Assembly (NCBI RefSeq): GCF_035645195.1
Contig: NZ_DASQNA010000017.1
Location: 39,011-103,010 of the forward strand
Direction: 5' to 3'
Length of the DNA stretch: 64,000 bases
Source: Paenibacillus sp.
GTDB taxonomy: Bacteria > Bacillota > Bacilli > Paenibacillales > YIM-B00363
In this document: piece after piece, positions 1 through 8,789 of the stretch
Layout: each line of letters opens with the position of its first letter
How positions within the stretch are numbered: position 1 is the first letter of the stretch
Program-made: the position numbers and the translations under genes
The notes under the pieces: generated by a model
Told to the model about the DNA's origin: nothing
Databases searched by the model: none
What the model saw: only the letters and a program-made list of their open reading frames with translations

Positions 1-2
1 TT

Positions 3-248
3 TACATCGCGCTCGGCTGGATCGCCGTCATTCCGCTCGCCAAGCTGTGGAGCGCCCTGCCGGCGGAGGCGATGGCGCTCATGCTGCTCGGCGGCGCCGC
101 CTATACGATCGGTGGCGTCGTCTACGCAACGAAAGTGTTCGATTTTTTCCCGAACCGATTCGGGTTTCACGAGGTGTTCCATATTTTCGTGTCGATCGGC
201 ACCGTGCTGCATTTCGTCATGATCGCGGGATACATATTGCCGATGTGA
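3..248 (+). CDS. Hemolysin III (PAQR) family membrane protein, 3' part only
   Basis: My translation of frame 3: YIALGWIAVIPL...GGAAYTIGGVVY...FGFHEVFHIFV...LHF. The HExFH motif and hydrophobic helices are typical of HlyIII. TGA at 246-248. Confidence 0.85.
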   Translation, partial: YIALGWIAVIPLAKLWSALPAEAMALMLLGGAAYTIGGVVYATKVFDFFPNRFGFHEVFHIFVSIGTVLHFVMIAGYILPM

Positions 249-279
249 CCTAACTTCTCGCGTTACACGGAGGTGCGGA

Positions 280-1212
280 TTGATGGCATGGCTCGTCGCC
301 GCGGCGCTGCTTGCGGCCGCGGCGTTCGCAATCGCTTATTATTTCTCGGAGCGCGTGCTGAACATTCGGACGTATCCGAGCGACGCGATTCTCGCTCGGG
401 AGACGGAGCTTGGACGGATCGAGAAGGAGCGCGTCGACGCGCTGCCGGTCGAAGAAGTCGAGATTCGTTCGCCGTACGGGTATTCTTTGTACGGTTGGTT
501 TTTGCCCGCAGAGGGCGGAACGTCGCGGAGCACGGTCGTGTTCTCGCACGGCGTCACGTCCTCGCTCGTCGGTATGCTGAAATACGCCGACATGTTCCGG
601 CGGCGCGGGTTCAACGCGCTGCTGTACGATCACCGCCGGCACGGTCGGAGCGGCGGCAAGCATACGACGTACGGCTATTACGAGAAGCGCGATTTGGGGG
701 CGGCCGTCGATTGGGTGTACGATCGGTTCGGCGCTGACGCCGTCGTCGGGCTGTTCGGCGAGTCGATGGGGGCGGCCACGGTGCTGCAGTTCGCCGCGAT
801 CGACGATCGGCTCGATTTCGTCGTCGCGGACTGCCCGTACTCGGACCTCGGGGAGCAGCTCGCGCATCGGTTGAAGGCGGATTACCGGCTGCCGCCGTTC
901 CCGCTGCTCCCGCTCACGAGCCTCTGGTGCAAACTGCGGGCGGGCTTCTTCATCCGCGACGTCTCGCCGATCCGCGATCTCGCGGGCATCCGCGCGCCGG
1001 TGCTGCTCATCCACGGGGACGCCGACGATTTCGTGCCGATGCGAATGAGCGCGGCGATGTACGAGCGGTGCCCCGGCAGCAAATCGCTGTATCTCGCCCC
1101 CGGCGCCGCTCACGCGGAATCGTGGCAGCGGCACCGCGAGGAATATGAACGGATGGTGGAACAGTTTCTTCGCGCGCACCGCCTGCTGCCGGAAGCGGCC
1201 GTCGTCGGCTGA
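280..1212 (+). CDS. Alpha/beta hydrolase with N-terminal membrane anchor
   Basis: HG oxyanion motif (FSHG), GESMG nucleophile elbow, HGDADD and AAHAES catalytic Asp/His segments. Confidence 0.9.
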   Translation: MMAWLVAAALLAAAAFAIAYYFSERVLNIRTYPSDAILARETELGRIEKERVDALPVEEVEIRSPYGYSLYGWFLPAEGGTSRSTVVFSHGVTSSLVGMLKYADMFRRRGFNALLYDHRRHGRSGGKHTTYGYYEKRDLGAAVDWVYDRFGADAVVGLFGESMGAATVLQFAAIDDRLDFVVADCPYSDLGEQLAHRLKADYRLPPFPLLPLTSLWCKLRAGFFIRDVSPIRDLAGIRAPVLLIHGDADDFVPMRMSAAMYERCPGSKSLYLAPGAAHAESWQRHREEYERMVEQFLRAHRLLPEAAVVG

Positions 1213-1247
1213 TCGCCGGGCGGGCGGCGGTGCCGCGACGGATATAG

Positions 1248-1287
1248 GCGCCTGTCGGCTTCAGAGGAAGCCGGCGGGCGCTTTTTT
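1248..1287 (+). terminator. Intrinsic terminator
   Basis: GCGCCTGTCGGCTTC / GAAGCCGGCGGGCGC stem followed by T6. Confidence 0.7.
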
Positions 1288-1516
1288 GTCGTTGGGGGCT
1301 GGAGCGTTCTGTTCGCCGCTTGCCTGACGCTCGTCTGGTGCTCGCCCGCCATCCGCTACTTGTCGCTCGCCCGCCCGCTTGATGCTGCCCGCCACCTGCC
1401 GCTCGCCGCCACCTAACCCGTGCGGCACCCACCACCGCCGCGACGCTGCCCGCCTGACGCGAACACCTGTTTTGTGGTACAATCGTTGGTAAATTCGTGC
1501 AAAGGCGGGAGAAGGC

Positions 1517-2803
1517 ATGGCAGATACGGTGCAATGGATCGTGGCGGCAGTCTCCGTACTCAACGCGGGACTGCTGCTGCTCCTGCTGCAGCGGGCGAAC
1601 GGGCGCGGCCGGAACGCGGAGGCGGAGCGGCGATTGGACGCGCTGGCGCGCGCGGTGGAACAGACGGAGCGCGGGCTGCGCGACGAAATCGCTCGCAGCC
1701 GCGGGGATATGCTGGCCGCGGGCGGGCAGCAGCGCCAGGAGCTGGCGGACGCCTTCGAGCGTCAGCAGCATGCGCTGATGGCGCGGCTGACCGAGCTGAC
1801 GCGGCTGAACGAGAGCAAGCTGGAAGCGATGCGCGAGACGGTGGAGCGGAAGCTGACGGCGCTGCAGGCGGACAATCACACGCAGCTAGAGCAGATGCGC
1901 GCCACGGTCGACGAGAAGCTGCACGCGACGCTGGAGCGCCGGCTCGGCGAATCGTTCCAGCTCGTCGGCGAGCGGCTCGAGCTCGTGCACAAAGGGCTCG
2001 GCGAGATGCAGTCGCTGGCGTCGGGCGTCGGCGACTTGAAACGGGTGCTGACGAACGTGAAGACGCGCGGGACGATGGGCGAAATTCAGCTCGACGCGCT
2101 GCTGGAGCAGACGCTCGCGCCCGATCAATACGAGCGGAACGCGGCGATCAAGAAAGGGACCGCGGAGCGCGTCGATTTCGTCGTCAAGCTGCCGGACAAG
2201 TCCGACGGGCGCCGCGCGGTGCTGCTGCCGATCGACGCGAAATTTCCGCTGGAGGATTATCAGCGGCTCCTCGACGCGCAGGAGAGCGGCGACGCGGCCG
2301 CCGCGGCGGATGCGTGGAAGCTGCTGGAGGCGAGGGTGAAGGCCGAGGCGAAATCGATCCGAGACAAATATATCGACCCTCCGGCGACGACGGAATTCGC
2401 GGTGCTGTTCCTGCCGCTCGAAGGCTTGTACGCTGAGGTGCTGCGCCGTCCCGGGCTGTGGGACACGCTGCAGCGGGAATACCGCGTCGTCGTGACGGGG
2501 CCGACGACGCTGTCGGCGCTGCTTAACAGCCTGCAGATGGGCTTTCGCACGCTGGCGATCCAAAAACGGACGAGCGAAGTATGGCAGGTGCTCGGCCAGG
2601 TCAAGGGCGAATTCGGCAAATTCGGCGATTTGCTGGAGAAGACCCAGAAGAAGCTCCAGGAAGCGTCGAACACGCTGGACGGGGCGGCGGTGCGCACGCG
2701 GGCGATCGAACGGCGGCTGCGCGGCGTCGAGGAGCTGTCCGCGCCCGAGCCGGAAGAGGCGCTGCCGCCGGGCTACGGATTCGCGGCTTCGGGAGATTCG
2801 TAA
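1517..2803 (+). CDS. rmuC: DNA recombination protein RmuC
   Basis: N-terminal TM and coiled coil; LTNVKTRGTMGEIQL, PIDAKFPLEDY, TTEFAVLFLPLEGLY and GPTTLSALLNSLQMGFRTLAIQKR motifs. Confidence 0.95.
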   Translation: MADTVQWIVAAVSVLNAGLLLLLLQRANGRGRNAEAERRLDALARAVEQTERGLRDEIARSRGDMLAAGGQQRQELADAFERQQHALMARLTELTRLNESKLEAMRETVERKLTALQADNHTQLEQMRATVDEKLHATLERRLGESFQLVGERLELVHKGLGEMQSLASGVGDLKRVLTNVKTRGTMGEIQLDALLEQTLAPDQYERNAAIKKGTAERVDFVVKLPDKSDGRRAVLLPIDAKFPLEDYQRLLDAQESGDAAAAADAWKLLEARVKAEAKSIRDKYIDPPATTEFAVLFLPLEGLYAEVLRRPGLWDTLQREYRVVVTGPTTLSALLNSLQMGFRTLAIQKRTSEVWQVLGQVKGEFGKFGDLLEKTQKKLQEASNTLDGAAVRTRAIERRLRGVEELSAPEPEEALPPGYGFAASGDS

Positions 2804-2892
2804 GGTTCGCGCGGAGCTCCGTCCCGCCGCATATTCCCGCGCGTTCCGGCGAACGATATAGCGGAATGACGGGAGGAAAGGAGCTTCGAAGC

Positions 2893-3030
2893 ATGCCGAA
2901 AACCGAGGAATACGACGAAACGCTGACGGAGCTGCAACGGGAAGTCCAAGAAGCGCTGAGGGGATTGCCCGGCATCGGCTCCCCCGGCGAGGACGCCGAA
3001 GCGAGCGATCATCTGGACACGTTGGTATAG
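2893..3030 (+). CDS. Small acidic hypothetical protein (45 aa)
   Basis: AAGGAG 9 nt before ATG 2893; MPKTEEYDETLTELQREVQEALRGLPG...; followed by a terminator. Confidence 0.45.
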   Translation: MPKTEEYDETLTELQREVQEALRGLPGIGSPGEDAEASDHLDTLV

Positions 3031-3039
3031 AGGGTTAAC

Positions 3040-3078
3040 AAAGTCGAACCGGGCCCCGAGGGCTCGGTTCGACTTTTT
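3040..3078 (+). terminator. Intrinsic terminator
   Basis: AAAGTCGAACCGGGCC / GGCTCGGTTCGACTTT stem followed by a T tract. Confidence 0.75.
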
Positions 3079-3094
3079 GCTAATGCGCCGCGAG

Positions 3095-3462
3095 CCGTAT
3101 GGATCGTCGGCGTGCAGCCCCGTTATGGGAAGCATGTATGCAAAAGAAGGGAGGCCCCTGCCCATAATTAGCATACGTCCTTCCCATAATGCGCCGCGCG
3201 CCGTCTGGAGCGTCATGTGTGCAGCCGCGTTATGGGAAGCATGTATGCAAAAGAAGGGAGCCCCCTGCCCATAATTAGCATACGTCCTTCCCATAATGCG
3301 TCTCGCGCCGCCTGGATCGTCGGTGTGCAGCTCCGTTATGGGAAGCATGTATGCAAAAGAAGGGAGCCCCCTGCCCATCTTTAGCATACGACCTTCCCAT
3401 AATCGCCTCGCGCTGCCTGGCTCATTGGCGTGCAGCTTCGTTAAGGGAAGTGTGTGTATGCA
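3095..3462. repeat. Tandem array of 105-107 bp units with internal inverted repeats (3 full + 1 degenerate)
   Basis: TTATGGGAAG starts at 3123, 3230 and 3336, with a degenerate copy at 3441. Each full unit closes with its complement CTTCCCATAA and has an inner GTATGC/GCATAC pair. Confidence 0.9.
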
Positions 3463-3510
3463 TAAGAAGCAACCTGCCGAGTCCTCGGGGCACATTTTGA
3501 ACAATGGTCA

Positions 3511-3527
3511 TGTAAATATATATAACA
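3511..3527. promoter_or_regulatory. GlnR/TnrA box
   Basis: TGTAA-ATATATA-TAACA matches TGTNA-N7-TNACA exactly and lies upstream of a nitrate-type ABC operon. Confidence 0.75.
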
Positions 3528-3566
3528 TAAAGTTATCGAGGTTAAAAATAATTTGCATAAAAGGTA

Positions 3567-3594
3567 TTGACGGATGCAAATCCATCAGTAAAAT
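3567..3594 (+). promoter_or_regulatory. Candidate sigmaA promoter
   Basis: TTGACG-N16-TAAAAT in the AT-rich region upstream of the leader. Confidence 0.4.
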
Positions 3595-3715
3595 AAGCTT
3601 ATAACCACACCTCACGACAAAAACCACACACCAACACGGTATAAAACTTCACGCATACAGCAGGATCCAGACACTATTTTCTAAAAAGGTTAGAACACGA
3701 AATATCGAACGAGTT

Positions 3716-3833
3716 TGATGACAATGACGTCGATCGAACCGTTAGGGCAAAGGAGCCCTGTAGAAGCAGATCGCGAAGGCGCCTATAGGTTATTAGGTGC
3801 GTCGATCCGTGCTTTTGCAGGGCTTTTCGTTTT
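3716..3833 (+). promoter_or_regulatory. ANTAR-type dual-hairpin motif with overlapping terminator, module 1
   Basis: GAC[AATGAC]GTC at 3720-3731 and AGGGC[AAAGGA]GCCCT at 3744-3759 both have hexaloops with A1 and G4. The 3' arm of hairpin 2 is the 5' arm of terminator AGCCCTGTAGAAGCA / TGCTTTTGCAGGGCT-TTTCGTTTT. Confidence 0.8.
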
Positions 3834-3839
3834 GCCGCA

Positions 3840-3962
3840 GACACGAAGACGTGTCCCCTCGGGCAATGCCGCCTACCTGATGCCGCGTTACGATTTTGTC
3901 GTGAACAAAACTGTTTACGATTAGAAATGGTTTGCGTACGTGTCGGGTAGGCGTTTTCATTT
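3840..3962 (+). promoter_or_regulatory. ANTAR-type dual-hairpin motif with overlapping terminator, module 2
   Basis: GACAC[GAAGAC]GTGTC at 3840-3855 (G4 kept, A1 is G) and GGGC[AATGCC]GCCT at 3861-3874. Hairpin 2 overlaps terminator CGCCTACCTGAT / GTCGGGTAGGCG-TTTTCATTT. Confidence 0.7.
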
Positions 3963-4057
3963 AGACCTTATAGGGCGTGGAGGGAGAATATGAGAGAGAC
4001 GGTACGGTCGGCAGAGGCAAGGCGAGATGAGAGAAAACGGGCGGGGGGTGCTTCGCG

Positions 4058-5371
4058 ATGAACGACAGACGCCTTGAGGCGATCATCCAAGAAGCGCTGA
4101 AGAAGGATGCGTTGACCCGCCGGGAGTTTTTGAAAAAGGCAGGAGCGGTCGGGGCAGCGGCGTTCCTGCTGCCGAGCGCGCTGCTCGCCGCTTGCGGCGG
4201 CGGCACGACTCCGGCGCCGTCGTCGTCGAGCGGGTCCGGGGCAAAGACGTCGGGCAACAAAATCACGATCGGCTTCATTCCGCTGACGGACTGCGCGTCC
4301 GTCGTCATGGCCAAAGAGCTAGGGCTGTACGAGAAGTACGGCGTCGACGTCGACGTCACGAAGGAAGCGTCGTGGGCGGCGGTGCGGGATAAGCTGATCT
4401 CCGGCGACTTGAACGCGGCGCATTGCCTGTTCGGCATGCCGTTCTCGGTGTACACCGGCATCGGCGGGCAGGCCGGCACCGAAATGCCGATCGCGATGAT
4501 CATCAATGCGAACGGCCAGGCGATTACGCTGTCGAAACAGTTCGCTTCCGTCGGCTTCCGCAATTTGCCGGCGGCGAAGGACGCAATTGAGAAGGCGATG
4601 GCGGAGCGGGAAGTGACGTTCGCGATGACGTTCCCGGGCGGCACGCACGATTTGTGGCTGCGGTACTGGCTTGGCGCGGTCGGCGTCGATCAGTCGAAGC
4701 TGAAAATCATCACCGTCCCGCCGCCGCAAATGGTCGCGAACATGAAAGTAGGCAACATGGACGGCTTCTGCGTCGGCGAGCCTTGGAACCAAGTCGCCGT
4801 GCGCGACGATCTCGGGTTCACGCACATCTCGACGCAGGACATTTGGAAAGACCATACGGAGAAGGCGCTCGTCCTGAACAAAGCGTGGAGCGCCAACAAG
4901 GACGAAGTGAAAGCGGTCATGAAGGCCGTCTTGGAAGCTTCGATGTGGTTGGATAACCTGGACAACCGCAAGGAAGCCGCGAAGGTCATCGGGCATCAAG
5001 CGTACGTCAACGCGCCGGCGGCGGAAATCGAAAAACGGCTGCTCGGCGATTACGATCTCGGCGGCGGCCACGGCACGCACAAGTATACGGACGATTACAT
5101 GTTGTTCCACAAAGGCGGGACGATCAACTTCCCGCGCAAGTCGCATGCGATGTTCTTCATGAGCCAATACGTCCGCTTCGGCTATTTGAACAGCCACCCG
5201 GACTACCAGCAAGTCGCCGATAAGCTGATCATGCAGGATTTGTACAAAGAGGTCGCCGGCGAGATGGGCATTGCCGTTCCGGACGACGACATGAAGCCGT
5301 TCGATATCAAGCTCGACAACAAAACGTTCGACCCGAACGATCCGGCGGGATCGCTCGCGCAATACGGATAA
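4058..5371 (+). CDS. nrtA: NrtA/CmpA/NasF-type ABC substrate-binding lipoprotein with Tat signal
   Basis: TRREFLK twin-arginine motif, LAAC lipobox, IGFIPLTD, VPPPQMVANM, GFCVGEPWN, WKDHTEK. From recall, Lys at this position is NrtA-like and CmpA has Glu. Confidence 0.85.
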   Translation: MNDRRLEAIIQEALKKDALTRREFLKKAGAVGAAAFLLPSALLAACGGGTTPAPSSSSGSGAKTSGNKITIGFIPLTDCASVVMAKELGLYEKYGVDVDVTKEASWAAVRDKLISGDLNAAHCLFGMPFSVYTGIGGQAGTEMPIAMIINANGQAITLSKQFASVGFRNLPAAKDAIEKAMAEREVTFAMTFPGGTHDLWLRYWLGAVGVDQSKLKIITVPPPQMVANMKVGNMDGFCVGEPWNQVAVRDDLGFTHISTQDIWKDHTEKALVLNKAWSANKDEVKAVMKAVLEASMWLDNLDNRKEAAKVIGHQAYVNAPAAEIEKRLLGDYDLGGGHGTHKYTDDYMLFHKGGTINFPRKSHAMFFMSQYVRFGYLNSHPDYQQVADKLIMQDLYKEVAGEMGIAVPDDDMKPFDIKLDNKTFDPNDPAGSLAQYG

Positions 5372-5394
5372 ATTACTCACGGAGGTGCATCGCA

Positions 5395-6240
5395 GTGACG
5401 CAATTCACGGGACAAAGCGCGGCGGGCAGAGCGTTCCGGTCCGCGCGGCAGTTGACGCTGCCGTCGTACTGGCTGGGCGCCCTGCGCAAAGCCGCATATA
5501 TGCTGGGAAGCATGCTGCTGCTCATTCTGATGTGGGAGGCGGCGCACCGCCTCTCCGGTCAATCGCTGCCGGGCCCGATCAGCACGCTGGGCGTGCTTTG
5601 GAGCCTTGTGTCCGATCCGTTCTACGATTACGGCCCCAACGACAAGGGCGTCGCCCTGCAGTTCATCGCTTCGCTGCAGCGCGTATTCGCGGGCTTCTTG
5701 CTCGGCGCGCTCGTCGCGATTCCGCTCGGCATCGCCATGGGCGCGGTGCCGTTCTGCCGGGCGCTGTTCGATCCGATCGTGCAGGTGCTCCGGCCGGTGT
5801 CGCCGCTCGCTTGGTTCCCGATCGGCCTCGCGGCGTTTCAATCGGTCGGGCCGGCGACGATTTTCATTATTTTCATCACGTCGCTGTGGCCGACGGTCGT
5901 CAATACGGCGTTCGGCGTGGCGTCCATCCCGAAGGATCACCGCAACGTCGCTGCCGTGTTTAAGTTTTCAAAGTGGAAGTATTTGACGAAGGTGCTGTTC
6001 CCGTACACGCTGCCGCACATTCTGACGGGGCTGCGCCTCAGCCTCGGCATCGCGTGGATGGTCATCGTCGCCGCGGAAATGCTGTCGGGCGGCACGGGCA
6101 TCGGCTTCTTCGTCTGGGACAGCTGGAACGCGTTGAACGTCGAGCGAGTCATCGCGGCGATCGCGCTGATCGGCGTCGTCGGTTTGCTGCTCGACAGAGG
6201 CTTCTATTATCTCGAACAGCGGTTCAAATACGGGGGGTGA
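5395..6240 (+). CDS. nrtB: Nitrate-type ABC permease
   Basis: DYGPNDKG, LRPVSPLAWFPIGL and GLRLSLGIAWMVIVAAEML motifs. Confidence 0.88.
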   Translation: MTQFTGQSAAGRAFRSARQLTLPSYWLGALRKAAYMLGSMLLLILMWEAAHRLSGQSLPGPISTLGVLWSLVSDPFYDYGPNDKGVALQFIASLQRVFAGFLLGALVAIPLGIAMGAVPFCRALFDPIVQVLRPVSPLAWFPIGLAAFQSVGPATIFIIFITSLWPTVVNTAFGVASIPKDHRNVAAVFKFSKWKYLTKVLFPYTLPHILTGLRLSLGIAWMVIVAAEMLSGGTGIGFFVWDSWNALNVERVIAAIALIGVVGLLLDRGFYYLEQRFKYGG

Positions 6241-6244
6241 CGGG

Positions 6245-7069
6245 ATGGCTTACCTCAGCATCGAGAACGTCAATAAGATTTACAACACGAAGCAAGGCCG
6301 CTTCAACGTGCTGCAGAACGTCAGCATGGGAATCGAACGCGGCGAGTTCGTTTCCTTGATCGGGCATTCCGGCTGCGGCAAATCGACGATTCTGAACATC
6401 GTCGCGGGGCTGGAGAAAGCGACCGACGGCCGCGTCGTCCTGGACGGGAAGCCGATTGCGGGTCCGGGTCCGGATCGCGGCGTCGTGTTCCAAAACTACT
6501 CGCTGCTGCCGTGGTTGTCCGTCTATGGCAACGTGTACGAGGTGGTCGACGCCGTTTTCTCGAACAAATCGAAGGCGGAGAAGCAGGAGATCGTCGAGCG
6601 ATTCCTGACGATCGTCGGGCTGTGGAAGCATCGCGACAAGCGGCCGGACGAAATTTCCGGCGGGATGAAGCAGCGCGCGGCGATCGCCCGCGCCTTCGCC
6701 GTCGGGCCGCAGGTGCTGCTGCTCGACGAGCCGTTCGGCGCGCTCGACGCGCTCACGCGGTCGACGCTGCAGGACGAATTGGTCGGCTTGATGAAATCGG
6801 CGAGCTCGAGCGGCGGCGGCAGCGCCGGAGGCGCCAACGGGGGCACCGACACCGTCATTATGGTCACGCACGATATCGACGAGGCGATTTTCTTGTCGGA
6901 CCGGATCGTCGTCATGACGAACGGGCCGGCCGCGACGATTCGGAAAATCATTACTGTGCCGCTGGCGCGCCCGCGCGAGCGCAAGGAAGTAATCAACCAT
7001 CCGGTGTACAACGAATTGAAGCGGGAGCTGCTTGAATATTTGCACGGCAGTCCGGCCGCGGCGCACTGA
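6245..7069 (+). CDS. Nitrate-type ABC ATP-binding protein (NrtC/D-like)
   Basis: GHSGCGKS Walker A, ISGGMKQR signature, LLLDEPFGALD, MVTHDIDEA. Confidence 0.9.
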   Translation: MAYLSIENVNKIYNTKQGRFNVLQNVSMGIERGEFVSLIGHSGCGKSTILNIVAGLEKATDGRVVLDGKPIAGPGPDRGVVFQNYSLLPWLSVYGNVYEVVDAVFSNKSKAEKQEIVERFLTIVGLWKHRDKRPDEISGGMKQRAAIARAFAVGPQVLLLDEPFGALDALTRSTLQDELVGLMKSASSSGGGSAGGANGGTDTVIMVTHDIDEAIFLSDRIVVMTNGPAATIRKIITVPLARPRERKEVINHPVYNELKRELLEYLHGSPAAAH

Positions 7070-7127
7070 TGTCGGACCTCAGCCGCGAAAGTCGCGAAAG
7101 CCGCGAAACAACCGAGGAGGTGGCAGG

Positions 7128-7331
7128 ATGATCGGAAGCATCGGAGTGCCGGGGTTGATCCTGATCCTTATTATCGCGCTGGTCGTCTTCGGACCGCGCA
7201 AGCTTCCCGAGATCGGGAGCGCGTTCGGGCGAACGTTATCGGAGTTCAAGCGGGGCGCCCGCGATTTCACGAACGGTCTAGACGACAAAGAGGCGGAGCG
7301 GCCGGCGTTGGAGCAGAAGCCGCTTTCGTAA
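7128..7331 (+). CDS. tatA: Twin-arginine translocase subunit TatA
   Basis: GGAGG RBS; MIGSIGVPGLILILIIALVVFGPRKLPEIG has the TatA FGPxKLP hinge. Confidence 0.92.
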   Translation: MIGSIGVPGLILILIIALVVFGPRKLPEIGSAFGRTLSEFKRGARDFTNGLDDKEAERPALEQKPLS

Positions 7332-7352
7332 GGCGACATAGATAGGTACGAC

Positions 7353-7391
7353 GCAAGGCCGTCCGGCAGCATCGCCGGGCGGCCTTGCTTT
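7353..7391 (+). terminator. Intrinsic terminator
   Basis: GCAAGGCCGTCCGGC / GCCGGGCGGCCTTGC stem followed by TTT. Confidence 0.65.
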
Positions 7392-7426
7392 GCGCCGCGA
7401 ACGCCCCCGCCGCGCCGGAACCGCGC

Positions 7427-8146
7427 CTAGTGACGCAGGGGCGGCGCATCGCTGGCCGGCTCGTTCCGCCGCGACGCATGGAGCGCCCCGTCCGAGCCGA
7501 GGGCGGCGTAGAACACATCGCCGACCGAATCGATGCCCTGCTCCTTCAGCCGCTCCTCCAGCCACTCCCGGCTCAACCCCTGCCGCGCGAGCGTATCCTC
7601 GTTGACGACCCCTTCCACGACGACCGTGTATGAGTACGGCTGTCCCTGCTCCAGCACCGTCAGCTTGCCGTTGCCTTCCACGATCGCCATCTCGACGCGG
7701 CTGACGTCGAACACTTGCTTGTCCCGCAGCATTTGGAGAACGATATCGACGGTATAGCGGATGGAGGCGATATTGCGGTCCAGCAGCTTGCCCCGGTACA
7801 CGACGACCGTCGGCTCGAACGACGTCACCTGCCGGAACCGGCGAAACCGGACGGCCGCTTTCGAGAACAACCGCTCCATCACCACGACCATGACGATGGC
7901 CGCGGCGGTGTGCGCATGGCCGATCTGAGGGTCGGCGATGTCGGAGGCGACGACCGAGCCGAGCGTCAAGACGACGAGCAGGTCGAAGACCGGCAGCTCC
8001 CCGACCGACCGTTTGCCCATGAATAACGCAGCCAACAGCATGAGGGGGAAGATGGTGGCGGTCCGGGATACGACCAGCCATAAATCCGCGAACGGCGACA
8101 TCGCGTGCGACCTCCCACCGGCGAAAGGATATGAGCTTTGAGTCAT
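7427..8146 (-). CDS. DUF421 (YetF-like) membrane protein
   Basis: MGKRSVGELPVFDL, FEPTVVVYRGKL and IVEGNGKLTV motifs. The start may be at the second Met. Confidence 0.85.
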   Translation of the reverse strand: MTQSSYPFAGGRSHAMSPFADLWLVVSRTATIFPLMLLAALFMGKRSVGELPVFDLLVVLTLGSVVASDIADPQIGHAHTAAAIVMVVVMERLFSKAAVRFRRFRQVTSFEPTVVVYRGKLLDRNIASIRYTVDIVLQMLRDKQVFDVSRVEMAIVEGNGKLTVLEQGQPYSYTVVVEGVVNEDTLARQGLSREWLEERLKEQGIDSVGDVFYAALGSDGALHASRRNEPASDAPPLRH

Positions 8147-8206
8147 GGAGGTATTATGAAGCGGCGGCGGCGGAAATATGAGCGGCGAGGAACGACATTT
8201 TGCCGC

Positions 8207-8268
8207 TTGACGGGAAGGCTTGACCCGAGATATAGTTCTACTATCAAACCATTTGATAATAAAACTAT
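8207..8268 (+). promoter_or_regulatory. sigmaA-like promoter with overlapping palindromic operator (probable MarR site)
   Basis: TTGACG-N18-TATAGT. Inverted repeat ATAGTTCTACTATCAAA (8232-8248) / TTTGATAATAAAACTAT (8252-8268), 15 of 17 complementary. Confidence 0.65.
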
Positions 8269-8315
8269 TTCAAAATCGAACTACAAGACGACAACGCATC
8301 GGGGAGGGAAACATC

Positions 8316-8789
8316 GTGGACAAATCGCAGTTGGCATCGCTTATCGAGCGGTACGAAGAAGCGCAGTTCATCGTCACGCGGCGGGTGAACGCCGCCATTC
8401 GGGAGCGCATGCCCGAGGATTTGACGCTGGACCAATACGCGGTCATCCGCTACATGCGCAAGCGCGACCGCAGCACGTCGACCGAGATCGCGGATGTGTT
8501 CTGCGTCGGCAAAAGCTCCGTGACGGCGATCATCAACCGGCTGCATGACAAAGGGCTGATCGAACGATTCCCGGACGAGAAAGACCGCCGCGTGACGTCG
8601 CTGCGGCTGACGGACGAAGGCCGGCGGCTCGGGGACGCGATGGAGGATCGCATTCAGGAGCTCCTCAGCGGGTATTTGCAGCATTTCGACGTCAAAGAAG
8701 CTTTCGCATTCATCGAATTGTTCGAGAAGCTGGCCCATCTGCTCATGGAGCGAATGGGACCGGAGCGCGAAGAGGGAGGGAACGAATGA
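8316..8789 (+). CDS. MarR family transcriptional regulator
   Basis: GGGAGG RBS and GTG start; LTLDQY, KSSVTAIINRL and DEKDRRV winged-helix motifs. Confidence 0.9.
   Translation: MDKSQLASLIERYEEAQFIVTRRVNAAIRERMPEDLTLDQYAVIRYMRKRDRSTSTEIADVFCVGKSSVTAIINRLHDKGLIERFPDEKDRRVTSLRLTDEGRRLGDAMEDRIQELLSGYLQHFDVKEAFAFIELFEKLAHLLMERMGPEREEGGNE

Noticed and set aside
1290-1460. Degenerate C-rich short repeats before rmuC
   Set aside because: No consistent period or unit; could be low-complexity sequence.
2773-3604. ORFs of 243, 65 and 102 aa over the 3.1 kb array
   Set aside because: Their repeated peptides mirror the DNA repeat; there is no RBS or family motif.
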